Of a stretch of 64,000 bases of DNA, positions 1 to 10,489 are shown in pieces. This stretch comes from a virus. Within the stretch, counting starts at the first letter, position 1, and every line of letters begins with the position of its first letter. A model generated the notes under the pieces. It saw only the letters and a program-made list of their open reading frames with translations. It did no database searches and was not told the DNA's origin. A program made the translations under genes and the position numbers. Location: IMG/VR virus record IMGVR_UViG_3300042398_001385, positions 32,001 to 96,000 of that record. One strand, written 5' to 3'.

Positions 1-217
1 GAATAGGATCATAATTAAAATTTTTCTCCCGGTAGATATTTTTTATTTCCGATGAATTTAAACTCTGGTCTATAGGATTTTTAAAAAAATCAGAATAATC
101 CCACGAATAGAATTTAGCTTCTTTTGAGTATAAATTTGCTGTTCCTATACATGAAGCTATTTGGAATAACTGATTTCCTAATCTTCCGAAAGAACCGATT
201 TTAGAGAATGTTATCAT
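1..217 (-). CDS. alpha-1,2-fucosyltransferase (GT11 family), N-terminal part; runs off the window edge
   Basis: Not in the ORF track. Manual translation from ATG at 217 gives MITFSKIGSFGRLGNQLFQIASCIGTANLY, with the GT11 signature G-x-LGNQ-x-FQ. The start overlaps the previous stop (ATGA). Confidence 0.85.
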   Translation of the reverse strand, partial: MITFSKIGSFGRLGNQLFQIASCIGTANLYSKEAKFYSWDYSDFFKNPIDQSLNSSEIKNIYREKNFNYDPI

Positions 218-1185
218 TTTTCAATTACTGCTTTCCATTGGGAGATACATTTCTCCTCATGAATTTTACTGAAATTTATAACATTGTTTCTTTTTTCTTT
301 AATTAATTCTTCATTTTTAGTTAATTCCAAAAGATGATCAAATGAATTAAAATAAATAAATAGATCTTTATGATCAGGTAAATACCATTCTGACGATTCT
401 ATAAAACTCCTATCAAAAGGAGGACTCCAGAAAAAATTAGGTTTAAATGAGAGGTCTAATAAAAAATTTTTAGAAGGTATAAAATAAACGTTCCCTATTG
501 ACCAGTTTTCAAAAATAGCTAAATTAGACCAAGCATAAGGAATGTGTATTATTCCTTTTATGCCTATAAGATCCGAGGGTCCATTGTATTCACCTCTATA
601 CGTTTCTATTCCTAATTCATCACACTTATTTTTAAGATCCATATAGATATTATCATTGTGATATCTTGTTATTAAAAACGTATTACTTTTTAATTGACCA
701 CTAGGAAAAAGATCGTATTTATCTTCTTTATCTACTATGCTAACAGGTCTAAAAACATCCGTATCCCATTCTATTTCTCTATATTTTTTAGCATACTCGT
801 GTTCAAACTTAGTATAGGATCTAACAAAAGTATTATCTCTTTTTATAGCAGATTTAAATAAATCATAATAATTATTATCAGGAAAGTTTACGCTATTTGT
901 TGCTGAATCACTATAGTCAAACCTATTACACACCCATATTATTAATTTACCTATAAATTGATCTCTAAGAAATATTCTAGAAAGTGGTGCAGTATCTGAT
1001 GTAATTACACAATCAAAAGAATTATAATAATCGCAGTTTTCTTTCCATATACTATCAGCAAGATCTTGAGATATATTATAATTCCAATTAGCCCTTTGAG
1101 TTTCTAATTGATATCCTAGTTTTTTACAAATATAATCTACGGAGATAACACACCCCGAATGATATGTTACGTGTAATATTCTCAT
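214..1185 (-). CDS. putative glycosyltransferase-like protein
   Basis: 323-aa ORF in the glycan cluster, coupled to both neighbours; GT-B-like C-terminus (HIPYAWSNLAIFE...YFNSFDHL). Confidence 0.5.
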   Translation of the reverse strand: MRILHVTYHSGCVISVDYICKKLGYQLETQRANWNYNISQDLADSIWKENCDYYNSFDCVITSDTAPLSRIFLRDQFIGKLIIWVCNRFDYSDSATNSVNFPDNNYYDLFKSAIKRDNTFVRSYTKFEHEYAKKYREIEWDTDVFRPVSIVDKEDKYDLFPSGQLKSNTFLITRYHNDNIYMDLKNKCDELGIETYRGEYNGPSDLIGIKGIIHIPYAWSNLAIFENWSIGNVYFIPSKNFLLDLSFKPNFFWSPPFDRSFIESSEWYLPDHKDLFIYFNSFDHLLELTKNEELIKEKRNNVINFSKIHEEKCISQWKAVIEK

Positions 1186-1814
1186 CTATTTACCTTATAG
1201 TTTCTTAACACGTCTATAAGAGGTTCCTTATCTTTTTTAATCCAAATTGTAGTTCCCATGTAGGTATCCTCAAAATGTATTTCTACGTAATTTGAAGGAA
1301 CTTGCACGATGTTATATCCATATATGTTTTTTAAAACCCTATTATGATCTCTACTTGTATCATGAGCGGCAATTATATCAGCTTTATCAAAAGAAAGATT
1401 AACTAGATCTCCCCTGAGATGTATACCAGCGTCTACGAAAATAAAATCGTATGCGCTATTGCTAATAAATGGATCCGTTATTTTTTTAAGGACTTTAAGA
1501 TATTTAGTATCTTCTAGAGGAAATCTTAATTTTTGTGCTCTTTGATCAGCATTAGATATTTCCTCAGGAACGTTTACGTAATGCGATTCCCAATTATCGT
1601 AATCTTTTAATTTTTCCTTAGTTTTCTCATACCACTCCAAATTATATGATCCTAGTGATAACTCCACTGATGTTACCTTTTCACAATTTTCAAGTAGGAA
1701 TTCAGTTCCTACGCCTAATCCAAACTCTAAAAAATTATTTATTTTTTCATGCGAGAATATTTCTCTAAAATAATAATTCCAATCTTGAGGAGGACCTAAT
1801 TCATATTTTTTCAT
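1182..1814 (-). CDS. class I SAM-dependent methyltransferase
   Basis: Motif I LEFGLGVGT, SVE at strand 2, YDFIFVDA and HD motifs. Confidence 0.75.
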   Translation of the reverse strand: MKKYELGPPQDWNYYFREIFSHEKINNFLEFGLGVGTEFLLENCEKVTSVELSLGSYNLEWYEKTKEKLKDYDNWESHYVNVPEEISNADQRAQKLRFPLEDTKYLKVLKKITDPFISNSAYDFIFVDAGIHLRGDLVNLSFDKADIIAAHDTSRDHNRVLKNIYGYNIVQVPSNYVEIHFEDTYMGTTIWIKKDKEPLIDVLRNYKVNR

Positions 1815-3106
1815 ATTTCTATTTTTATTTCATAAGCACCATAGATAGTATCTATTTCATTATAATATATCCAAACCTTCTTCGGTTCTTTTATATTTAA
1901 TATTTCTATTAATTTTTTAAACTGATTGTTGTATAATGTATTAGCCCTTTTTATATTTTTTTTTAGATTATCTCTTTTTAATTCATATTCCCTTTCTAGT
2001 TTAATAAATTTACCCACCAAATTCTTCAAGTTTAATTTAGAGTTTGTGGGTATTATTAAATCATGAGATTCTATACTCATCATATAATTTAGTGACTTGA
2101 TATTATAAGCTAGACATATAGAGGGTATGTTGAACGAATTTAATAATATATTAGCATGTAACCTAGTAGCGATACAAAATTTTAGATCTGAGCAAAATTC
2201 AACTAATGATTCAATTTCTCCGTAGTTAAAGGATTTACATAAAATATTAATATCCTTATATTTATCAATATCATTTATCATTCTAATGAGTTCTTCGTGT
2301 ATTCCTCTTTCACCTTCGCCCATAGAATAAAATATTATATTATACCCCCTATCTAATATCCAAATACAGTGATTAAATATAGAATCGACCAATCTTTTTC
2401 TATAATCATCATAACTCTCATTTTTAATTCCTATTCTCCCTTCCCCGGTAACCTCAGCTAAATTTATTCCTATATTTTTAGAATCTAAATTATTCTTATG
2501 AGTAAATAATCCGGACAATAATATACCGGGATCATAAATAAATGGCTTTGAAAATTTTTTATTTATAGATTTAGCTATATTTATATCTAAAGGTCCTCTC
2601 ACTCCTCCAATATTGCAACAGGAAATAGAATCTATATTAATTTTCATTAAATCGTTAACAGGAAAATCAACCTCTTTAGTTTTTCCTGTTAATAATTCAT
2701 TTCTATTCTTATCTGGTATTTTAAAATTAGATGTATCGCTTATTCCTGTACCAAAGCAAAATTTAGCTAATAGTTTTTTTTCATTTTTTAATACCCCTAT
2801 AGTGTAAGATATTTCCTCTGGATGTATTAAAGAACCTCCTCCTATAACACCTATATTACAACCGCTAACCCAATTGTTACCGGAAGCCCACTTTAATAAC
2901 GATTTCTCTAAGAAACAATTAACATTATATTTTTTATCTATAGCTTTTTTTAAAAATCCCATAAATATTTCAAAAAGTACATCGTCCCCAAGATTTCCAC
3001 TGTTTAAGCATCCAGTATAAAACCCTCTAAATACAAGATCCCCATTCCTATTAATATTACTTCTTCTATTAATCCTATTTAGATAAAATGTATTGATATC
3101 CATCAA
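1811..3106 (-). CDS. polysaccharide pyruvyl transferase family protein
   Basis: GNLGDD, IGGGSL, GVRGP, DPG and TRLHA motifs. Confidence 0.8.
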   Translation of the reverse strand: MMDINTFYLNRINRRSNINRNGDLVFRGFYTGCLNSGNLGDDVLFEIFMGFLKKAIDKKYNVNCFLEKSLLKWASGNNWVSGCNIGVIGGGSLIHPEEISYTIGVLKNEKKLLAKFCFGTGISDTSNFKIPDKNRNELLTGKTKEVDFPVNDLMKINIDSISCCNIGGVRGPLDINIAKSINKKFSKPFIYDPGILLSGLFTHKNNLDSKNIGINLAEVTGEGRIGIKNESYDDYRKRLVDSIFNHCIWILDRGYNIIFYSMGEGERGIHEELIRMINDIDKYKDINILCKSFNYGEIESLVEFCSDLKFCIATRLHANILLNSFNIPSICLAYNIKSLNYMMSIESHDLIIPTNSKLNLKNLVGKFIKLEREYELKRDNLKKNIKRANTLYNNQFKKLIEILNIKEPKKVWIYYNEIDTIYGAYEIKIEI

Positions 3107-3773
3107 ATATTATTTTAAATCCTGATTCTAATAGGTATGGTATAGCATTTTCAGATTTACCTAATTTATTGTTAAAATCTCCCATATCTCTAGGTGTACC
3201 GTTTAATACATCATCAATTAAAATAATACCTCCTTCTTTTAAAAGATTCCTACGAACTATAATCTCTGCTTCTTTTAGTTGTAGATTACATGTGTATTCT
3301 ATAGGCCACATATCACCAGTATCTAAATATATAAGATCGTATCTTTTATCGGTATTTTCTAAATATATTGTAGAATCCGATGTAATATGATTGCACTTAA
3401 TATTTAAAGAATCAGTCATTATTTTACATCTTTTTAAATGAGCTTCTATTAAATCCACTGTGGTAAATGAATTGTAATTACCGATCATACCAAAAATTAA
3501 AGTAAAACATCCCGCTCCCCAATCCCATTTAGAAAAATCATCCTTATTCCAGTAATTAGGATCGTCCATATTACATCCCTCAAATTTCCCGTCTACAAAA
3601 CTTCTAGATGTTCCTAATTCTAATATATCACTAGAATTTCTTTTATCGAGAAATTCTAAACAATATTTAAAAGATTTATATCTAGACTTATCAGGATCAT
3701 TATATCTTAATCCCTCATTAGATCCTATGTCCAATAGTTCTTTGTATTTGTTGAGTGATTCTATTTTATTCAT
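3075..3773 (-). CDS. class I SAM-dependent methyltransferase (Methyltransf_24-like)
   Basis: ILELGTSR, YDLIYLD and LKEGGIILIDD motifs. Confidence 0.8.
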   Translation of the reverse strand: MNKIESLNKYKELLDIGSNEGLRYNDPDKSRYKSFKYCLEFLDKRNSSDILELGTSRSFVDGKFEGCNMDDPNYWNKDDFSKWDWGAGCFTLIFGMIGNYNSFTTVDLIEAHLKRCKIMTDSLNIKCNHITSDSTIYLENTDKRYDLIYLDTGDMWPIEYTCNLQLKEAEIIVRRNLLKEGGIILIDDVLNGTPRDMGDFNNKLGKSENAIPYLLESGFKIIFDGYQYILSK

Positions 3774-3775
3774 AA

Positions 3776-4537
3776 TTATCTATATTTTGAAATATTTATA
3801 CTGGTAAAATCATTATCTATTAATGGATTTCTAGCTACTATCAATCCGTCGTGTGAATATGACTCATTCATATCATGCTCACATAATATTTTAAATTCTT
3901 TATTTATTAAAAAAGATAGACATTCCTCATGTAAGAATTCTTTAGGAGCTCCCCAGGATTCGCCTTTATTGTTTTTATCTGTATGTGTAGATATAAAAAT
4001 ATAGCCAACATTTTTTATAAAATCTCCTAGCTGCTCTAATAAATGATACTCCCATCCTTGTATATCCACATGAAGTATATCTATAAAACTAATTGATTGA
4101 TCAGTTATAAAATCTAGAATATTCAATTCAGGGATTTTTCCTATATGAAAACTTCCCTCCATGTTATTAATATTAAAATTCTCCACACCTAAATTAAGAT
4201 TAATCGAATCGACATCAATCATAAAATTTTTAGCATCCTTTATTTTTTGATTAAACCACATAGAATAATAAGCCCATGAAGATCCAACCTCAATCATTAA
4301 TCCCCCTTCCTTTATTTTCTCAAGAACTTTATAAAAAGCAAACTCCTCCTGTGGTTCGTGGTGGCCTTTACATTTTAATATTAATTCTGTCATCCATTCT
4401 CCACAATAACAATCCCTTATTATTTTTATCCCATTGTGCATTATTTGGAAATTATCCAATATATTTCCGCTATTTAAATCTCTATCTAGAGAATCACAAT
4501 CTTTACATAATAAGGCTTTATCTATTCTGGTAAGCAT
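3776..4537 (-). CDS. FkbM-like methyltransferase
   Basis: MIEVGSSWAYYS and IDILHVDIQGWE motifs. Confidence 0.75.
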   Translation of the reverse strand: MLTRIDKALLCKDCDSLDRDLNSGNILDNFQIMHNGIKIIRDCYCGEWMTELILKCKGHHEPQEEFAFYKVLEKIKEGGLMIEVGSSWAYYSMWFNQKIKDAKNFMIDVDSINLNLGVENFNINNMEGSFHIGKIPELNILDFITDQSISFIDILHVDIQGWEYHLLEQLGDFIKNVGYIFISTHTDKNNKGESWGAPKEFLHEECLSFLINKEFKILCEHDMNESYSHDGLIVARNPLIDNDFTSINISKYR

Positions 4538-5451
4538 TCTATTATCTGTTTTATTCTATTTACGTATGTATGTTTTTCTTTGACCTCATTCATCAAATAC
4601 CTTAATTTTTCAATATGATCCGGAGAATTTTTAAATTCTATGGATTTATTAAAAAGCTCTATTGTATCCCTACTATAGATAAGCTCTTCATTAAATAATG
4701 AATTTACACTTGGTGAATTAACGTAACCCATATGCCCATAAGATATATTTTTAAATATCCTGCAAGGAATATATTCATTTTCTATTTGCCAAGGTCCTTG
4801 TATAGTAGGGGAAATATATGAAGAATTTACCATGTTCCTATTTTGTTCAAAAGAAACAGGAGATGACCATGGATTTATCTTAATAACATCTATTCCGTTT
4901 TCATTACAAGAATTAAAAAAAGGATCCAATTCAGTACCGTTTTGATAGATACCAGTAGAATCTCCGAATGTTCCTATCCAAAGGCAGCTCTTTGGATTTT
5001 GTATATTTTTTGCAAGATCTAGATCTATTTCAGATGGTAGGAGATCTGTTGCCCAACAAGTATATAATGTATCAATAGTATCTTTCTTTATAAAAGTATA
5101 ATCGTTTATTATCTCGCTTTTAAAAAATTCATCGGTTTTAGTATTAACCTGTAAAACTAATATCTTACATTCCTTATCAATATATTTTTTACCATCAACA
5201 TTATGTAAAACATAATACGAGTTTTTATTTAAGGGTATATTTTTTTCCTGCTCTCCTGCAGTAATAAACAAACATTCATCAAAACCTATATCATCATAGT
5301 TTTCGTCGCTAAACCAATATGTATCGTATCCCATACTTTTAAAAGCTTTATAAAAAGAAGCATGGATATATGAGTGTGTATGGGTATTTAATGGATAACC
5401 CCATATTATTACTTTTTTAAATTTCATTTTTATTCTTTGATAATATACCAA
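4522..5451 (-). CDS. putative glycosyltransferase (CgeB/GT-B-like C-terminus)
   Basis: PCRIFKNISYG and C-terminal HTYVNRIKQI resemble CgeB-type GTs. True start is probably MKFKK (~5427). Confidence 0.55.
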   Translation of the reverse strand: MVYYQRIKMKFKKVIIWGYPLNTHTHSYIHASFYKAFKSMGYDTYWFSDENYDDIGFDECLFITAGEQEKNIPLNKNSYYVLHNVDGKKYIDKECKILVLQVNTKTDEFFKSEIINDYTFIKKDTIDTLYTCWATDLLPSEIDLDLAKNIQNPKSCLWIGTFGDSTGIYQNGTELDPFFNSCNENGIDVIKINPWSSPVSFEQNRNMVNSSYISPTIQGPWQIENEYIPCRIFKNISYGHMGYVNSPSVNSLFNEELIYSRDTIELFNKSIEFKNSPDHIEKLRYLMNEVKEKHTYVNRIKQIIECLPE

Positions 5452-6017
5452 TCTTCAAAAGGAAAACCGTTATGTGTTACGTTTTCTCTTTCAATAATAT
5501 AACCATTTTTATTAAGTATTTTTTGTATCTCTTTTTTTCTATATTCACCGTCTGAATATAAATTATGCTCTATAGTAATAGCTCCAAATTTCCAATCACT
5601 AAAAGGAAAGTTTTCTATTATAGCTATCTCGTTACCCTCTACGTCTATTGATAAATAATCTATAAACCGGGGTGCATTATTTTTAATTAATATATTTTCT
5701 AGAGTATCACATTCTATAAAATAATCATAGGAATCATTTATTTTGCTACCCATTTCAGAACTGCTAAAAGGTACTTTTCCTTTAAAATTATTAACTGCAA
5801 CATTTTCACATATACAGTCTCTATTTTTAACAAGTGATTGATAATTTTTTAGATCTGGCTCTATACATATGCCATTCCATTTTAGGTTTTTTTCAAAATA
5901 TAAGGTATTACTATAGTTAACACCATCGTAAGCACCTATATCTAAAAAATATCCATTTTTTTTAGAATTTGTTTTTTCTAAAACCCATTGGTCCTGTCCT
6001 GCTTGTGAATAAAACAT
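5430..6017 (-). CDS. FkbM family methyltransferase
   Basis: YSQAGQDQW, FLDIGAYDG, SNT, WNGICIEP and IDYLSIDVEGNE. Start trimmed to MFYSQ to remove the overlap with the upstream gene. Confidence 0.9.
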   Translation of the reverse strand: MFYSQAGQDQWVLEKTNSKKNGYFLDIGAYDGVNYSNTLYFEKNLKWNGICIEPDLKNYQSLVKNRDCICENVAVNNFKGKVPFSSSEMGSKINDSYDYFIECDTLENILIKNNAPRFIDYLSIDVEGNEIAIIENFPFSDWKFGAITIEHNLYSDGEYRKKEIQKILNKNGYIIERENVTHNGFPFEDWYIIKE

Positions 6018-6019
6018 TT

Positions 6020-6640
6020 TTATTTTAATTTCCAGTTCTCCCAAACCCAATCATAGCACCATGTGCATTCATGAGTATTTTTTAATAATTCGTTTATTCT
6101 TTCTCTTCTTTCCTCTGCACCAGGAATAAAAGTGTGATATTGTACCTGTATATTTTTTACTCTACATATTAGTTCAGAATCAGATACTAGCCTTTCTAAT
6201 AAATTATATTCTTCTCCCTCTATGTTTATTTTAATCAGATCTATTGAATCTATATTTAGCTCTTTTATTACCTCAGATATGTTTCTTAATATTATAGCCT
6301 CTCTATTAGCATCGTCTATAGGAGTTATAGAGCTAGCATCTTCAGAAATATAGATGCTGGAGATTATATTATCCTTAGATAATCCATATTTAAGATTTCT
6401 TATTTTAGAAATGTGGCCAAATTTGAAATCGCAAGCTTTGTGAAATTCATCAACAGGTTCAAATAAATAAATATTAGATCCATATCTAGTATAAATAGAT
6501 TCAGTAAATGTTCCTAAATAACCACCGACATCAAAGACTACAGATTTCTCGTTTAATTCAGGATAATCTAGTCTTTTATAAACATCACCCTTATCTATAA
6601 ACCATCTTTTTACATTCTCCTTAAATATATCGTTTATCAT
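6020..6640 (-). CDS. FkbM family methyltransferase
   Basis: VFDVGGYLG, FEP, IDLIKINIEGEEY and QVQYH motifs. Confidence 0.9.
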   Translation of the reverse strand: MINDIFKENVKRWFIDKGDVYKRLDYPELNEKSVVFDVGGYLGTFTESIYTRYGSNIYLFEPVDEFHKACDFKFGHISKIRNLKYGLSKDNIISSIYISEDASSITPIDDANREAIILRNISEVIKELNIDSIDLIKINIEGEEYNLLERLVSDSELICRVKNIQVQYHTFIPGAEERRERINELLKNTHECTWCYDWVWENWKLK

Positions 6641-6643
6641 ATT

Positions 6644-7261
6644 TTATGCTTTGGTTTTTAATTCACTTATTCTGTAATATAAAAGAACATCAGGAAGTAT
6701 TTTAAATTTAGCTCCTTTAGTGAGAAGTCTTTTCCACATGCAAAAATCATCAGATGCAATTTCCTCCGATATTAGATTTTCGTTATAATCTAGTATTTTT
6801 CTACTATAAGCACATGCAGGATGTGCAATTATATTGTGATTATTTGAAAATTCTTTAAAAATATCAAGTTCTTCAAATTTTGTACGATGTATATTTTCCC
6901 TTGTCTCGCTAAAAGAAATATAGTTTCCTGACATAACAGAAATCTCAGGATCAAAATTATCTATTTGTAATTTTACCCTGTCTAGTGGATATCTGTCATC
7001 AACGTTTGTATTTAATATTAAATCATAACCTAATGAAAAGCATCTTTCCAATAGATAATTGTGAGCCTGCGCATGATCATTAAGATTTAATGATATAAAT
7101 TCACTATTTTCAAATATTCTTTCCTCGCCGCCTCCATAATTTAATTCAAATATATCGAAGTCTTTATTTGTTTGATTTATTATACTATCCCTATATTTTT
7201 CTATCCATTCAATCGGATATCTACCTATATTTTTATGAAATGATATTAATGCTGTTCTCAT
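6644..7261 (-). CDS. GT2-like glycosyltransferase
   Basis: NVDD..P.RV..Q, IAHPA, DDF.MWKR and LPDVLLYYRI are typical of GT2. Confidence 0.7.
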   Translation of the reverse strand: MRTALISFHKNIGRYPIEWIEKYRDSIINQTNKDFDIFELNYGGGEERIFENSEFISLNLNDHAQAHNYLLERCFSLGYDLILNTNVDDRYPLDRVKLQIDNFDPEISVMSGNYISFSETRENIHRTKFEELDIFKEFSNNHNIIAHPACAYSRKILDYNENLISEEIASDDFCMWKRLLTKGAKFKILPDVLLYYRISELKTKA

Positions 7262-8202
7262 GATCTTATTTCTTTATGGTCTTTGTCTAATAGTAGTATT
7301 TTACATATGAATTTTTCTCTCCCTCCCCATGATTCATATATTTTATGATTGTTCTCCGGATAATGATACGAAGGACTTAAAACTTTAGTAGGAACTAATG
7401 TAGTGAGATATTTATTTATAGCTGATTCATCGTGCCATATAGGAATTATTCCCATACTTTCGTCAAGATTTATAATAGTCATACAAAAACTAGACATCTT
7501 AAAAAATTCGTCTCTATTAAAAGAATAAAATCCACCTCCATAATAATTTTTAGCCTCCCTTACAGGAACGTAGCATTTAGATAATTGTCTTTTCTCAAAT
7601 GATCCCAATTTATTAACAAACCCGCAGTGCTGTGTTACTGTTATAGGATATAGTATTTCTGTTCCTATATTTTCTTTAATTAAAGTATCAGCGTCTATGT
7701 ATATTAATTGTTCACCTATTATCTTATCTGAATAAGTATTAAAAAAATGAAATCTCTTGAGCGTAGGATAAGGAAAAGGCCTATGTTCTATTGGTAATAT
7801 TTGATAATTTACTCCTTTTATTTTAATATCCTTATCTGTAAATATATTATAGTATTTTTTATTTTTTGGAAGTACAAATTTTTCTATAGATTCTATCAAG
7901 GGCTCAACAAAAACGTCGTATTTACCAGTTGCTACTATTAAAAATCCAACCTCCGTAGAATATTTACTCTCGTCGTTTTCATACTCACTGTGCAAAGGGT
8001 AATGGTTATTCATAAAATCATTTTCTTTAATTTCTTTATCTTTTTTATCCCCATTGGATTCACCTTCCTCAGAATTTATTTTTTTATTCTCTGAATTTTT
8101 AAATCTTATTGGTGGGCCAAATCTATTAACTAGCTGCCTACCGATGTTTTTTTTACCACTCATACAATATTTATATAATGCTAGGACAATCTTTTTTACC
8201 AA
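7258..8202 (-). CDS. GT6 family glycosyltransferase (ABO/alpha-1,3-Gal(NAc) transferase-like)
   Basis: LIVATGKY, IESIEKF, YIDAD (DxD), YYGGGF, WHDES-x-INKY, LSPSY and LDKDH are GT6 hallmarks. Start uncertain (N-terminal extension). Confidence 0.88.
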   Translation of the reverse strand: MVKKIVLALYKYCMSGKKNIGRQLVNRFGPPIRFKNSENKKINSEEGESNGDKKDKEIKENDFMNNHYPLHSEYENDESKYSTEVGFLIVATGKYDVFVEPLIESIEKFVLPKNKKYYNIFTDKDIKIKGVNYQILPIEHRPFPYPTLKRFHFFNTYSDKIIGEQLIYIDADTLIKENIGTEILYPITVTQHCGFVNKLGSFEKRQLSKCYVPVREAKNYYGGGFYSFNRDEFFKMSSFCMTIINLDESMGIIPIWHDESAINKYLTTLVPTKVLSPSYHYPENNHKIYESWGGREKFICKILLLDKDHKEIRS

Positions 8203-8974
8203 CTTCTGCTTCTTTTATTATTTTAACTAGTTTATTTTGGTCCATAGAAACAAACTCATTAAAAAGCTTTTCATTTAAATTAAGATTTTTAGTGTCCTTT
8301 GATCTATGATTTAAATGAGCAGCTTCATAAGGAATTCTGTACATTGTCTCATCATTTCTATTCAATAAAAACTTTATAGTTTCCGTTGCTGCTTTATCTT
8401 CCCATCCATATCTGAAAAAATTTTCGTTATATCCTCCGAACGTATTCCAAAACCAATTTTTATTATAAACCAATATAGCTCCATATCCACAACCCCTTGT
8501 CATAGATCTAAATTTAAAAACCTCATCTCTTGGCTCTCCCCCTTTGTTTCTTAAATTGCTAAAATTCCTAGTCCTTATCCATTCGGTAGTTGGATTTTCA
8601 TGATTACACCAATAATAAGTTTCTGCTCCGGCAGCAAATTCTCCTTTAAATTCACTTATTTTAGTAAAATATTCCTTTTCGAAAACAAAATCCGAATCCA
8701 TTAGAACTATTATCTCCCCTTCAGCCTCTCTTGCACCTACGTTTCTGCACCAGCTTAGATTAAAACCTCTATTCCCGGGGTCCTTTATTCCGATATGTTT
8801 ATATTGAATTATATTATTATTCTGTTTATAAAATCTTCCGTCTAGTGACTGCTCTATTACTATTACTTCAAAATCTCTAAATGTCTGTTCGTTTATACAT
8901 TTAAGGCATTCATTAAAATTTCTATTTCTCTGCGGATCATTTCCTGCTGTTGGTAAAATGATAGATAATCTCAT
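8171..8974 (-). CDS. GT2/GT7-like glycosyltransferase (galactosyltransferase C-terminal motif)
   Basis: SIILPT, VIEQ, FNLSWCRNVG, MDSD and GGYNENFFRYGWED. Confidence 0.8.
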   Translation of the reverse strand: MRLSIILPTAGNDPQRNRNFNECLKCINEQTFRDFEVIVIEQSLDGRFYKQNNNIIQYKHIGIKDPGNRGFNLSWCRNVGAREAEGEIIVLMDSDFVFEKEYFTKISEFKGEFAAGAETYYWCNHENPTTEWIRTRNFSNLRNKGGEPRDEVFKFRSMTRGCGYGAILVYNKNWFWNTFGGYNENFFRYGWEDKAATETIKFLLNRNDETMYRIPYEAAHLNHRSKDTKNLNLNEKLFNEFVSMDQNKLVKIIKEAEVGKKDCPSII

Positions 8975-9711
8975 TAATATATTTTAAGTTTATTAAACAA
9001 TACGTCACATATATTTTTATTACTGATATATGGTCTTGGTAGATGACAATCTATATATTCATTTGCATTATAGTCGTTTTTAGGCCATATTACCTTATCT
9101 AATCTTCCTGTAGCATATTTTTCTTCTATCCAGCCTCTTTCAAGATGTCTAATATAGTATCCAGATTTTTTCAAAGTCTGATTATAAAAAAACTTCTGAT
9201 CAGTGCCACTTCGCAGATTCATTCTTTTTAATCTTAGAAGAAAATCTAAATGGTTTTCTTCATTTAAATCTAGCAGATCTGAAAAACTTTTTGGATCTCC
9301 CGCAAGATAACACATTGGATATTGTGGATTTGTCCTATACCATCTATATTTAATGATATCTGAACTATAGGATATTAATCCAGTATCTCCTATGTACTCA
9401 GCGTGATTTATATAGTAATCTTTTGAGATAGGAAGCATATCCATATCGGATATGATGAATGGCTTATCAAGAATGTTTGCTGCCCAAAATCTAATACATT
9501 GTGCCTGTTGTGCAATATCCCAATCATTCCTTGATTCTAAATAAAAAACCTTCCCATGTTCATAAACCCAAGCAGGTGGTTCCGCATTATCTATATAAAG
9601 AAGAACAGGTTCTAATCCTATTAAATTCTTCCATGCTCTAGCTACATAAGGCCAAAAATCAAGGTATTCCTGATTTGAGTTAGAGCTAACTACTGCATAT
9701 TCTAATTTCAT
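8974..9711 (-). CDS. putative GT-A fold glycosyltransferase
   Basis: ISDMDMLP (DxD), DQ and DCHLPRP motifs; cluster context. Confidence 0.55.
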   Translation of the reverse strand: MKLEYAVVSSNSNQEYLDFWPYVARAWKNLIGLEPVLLYIDNAEPPAWVYEHGKVFYLESRNDWDIAQQAQCIRFWAANILDKPFIISDMDMLPISKDYYINHAEYIGDTGLISYSSDIIKYRWYRTNPQYPMCYLAGDPKSFSDLLDLNEENHLDFLLRLKRMNLRSGTDQKFFYNQTLKKSGYYIRHLERGWIEEKYATGRLDKVIWPKNDYNANEYIDCHLPRPYISNKNICDVLFNKLKIY

Positions 9712-10335
9712 CTATCTTCTTATTCTGAAATTAGGATTTGAATTCATTTTACGATGAACGTTTCTAGATTCCTGATAATGTTCTATAACAGGAGATACAC
9801 CAGGATACATCATCTTCATATGATCATAAATGAATGTGTATTCAGGTGGAAGATTATAATAATTCAGATCTGTCATTTCTCTTTGCGCTCTCTGCATATT
9901 TTTTTGCTCCCATGTTTCAGGTTTCATTCTTTCTGCCGGTGTTGCTTCGTTTAATTGTATCCATCTGTCTACAAATCTTTTTACCTTGTCGTTATTTTTT
10001 AAGAATAGTGTACCTGATAATGCTTCATCAGCTCTCCATCTAAAGTCCTGGGTTCTATATGCTATGTCACAATCTAGGGATGGAATAAGTTCTGGATACT
10101 GTTTAAATTTAGCATCTACATCTACATAAAGAATATCCTGATTTCTAGATTCTAATATGCCCTTAATAAAATATGCCTTATGATGTGTGTTTTTTTCCCA
10201 TGATCCTAAATCGTTTATTGCTTCTATATAATGGGGGATTGAAAATTGATTTAAAGACTGCCTAAGACTTTCTGCTAGAACTTCGTAAGAGGTGCTTTCT
10301 GTGTAATATGCTATAACTAAAAACTGGGGGCTCAT
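9712..10335 (-). CDS. nucleotide-diphospho-sugar transferase (GT-A)
   Basis: YVDVDA (DxD), LSGTLF, WEQ, LPPEY and IEHYQESR motifs. Confidence 0.7.
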   Translation of the reverse strand: MSPQFLVIAYYTESTSYEVLAESLRQSLNQFSIPHYIEAINDLGSWEKNTHHKAYFIKGILESRNQDILYVDVDAKFKQYPELIPSLDCDIAYRTQDFRWRADEALSGTLFLKNNDKVKRFVDRWIQLNEATPAERMKPETWEQKNMQRAQREMTDLNYYNLPPEYTFIYDHMKMMYPGVSPVIEHYQESRNVHRKMNSNPNFRIRR

Positions 10336-10489
10336 AGAATTAAGATAAGATAGTATTCATAACCTGGGATTTACAGAGTAAAAATTTTAGTCCCTGTATG
10401 CAGGATAGTTTCAGTATTTAAGAAATATTTTTTTATAGTGGGATATTTTAATTGTTTTCTATATATAATAAAGAACATAAAATGATTTT

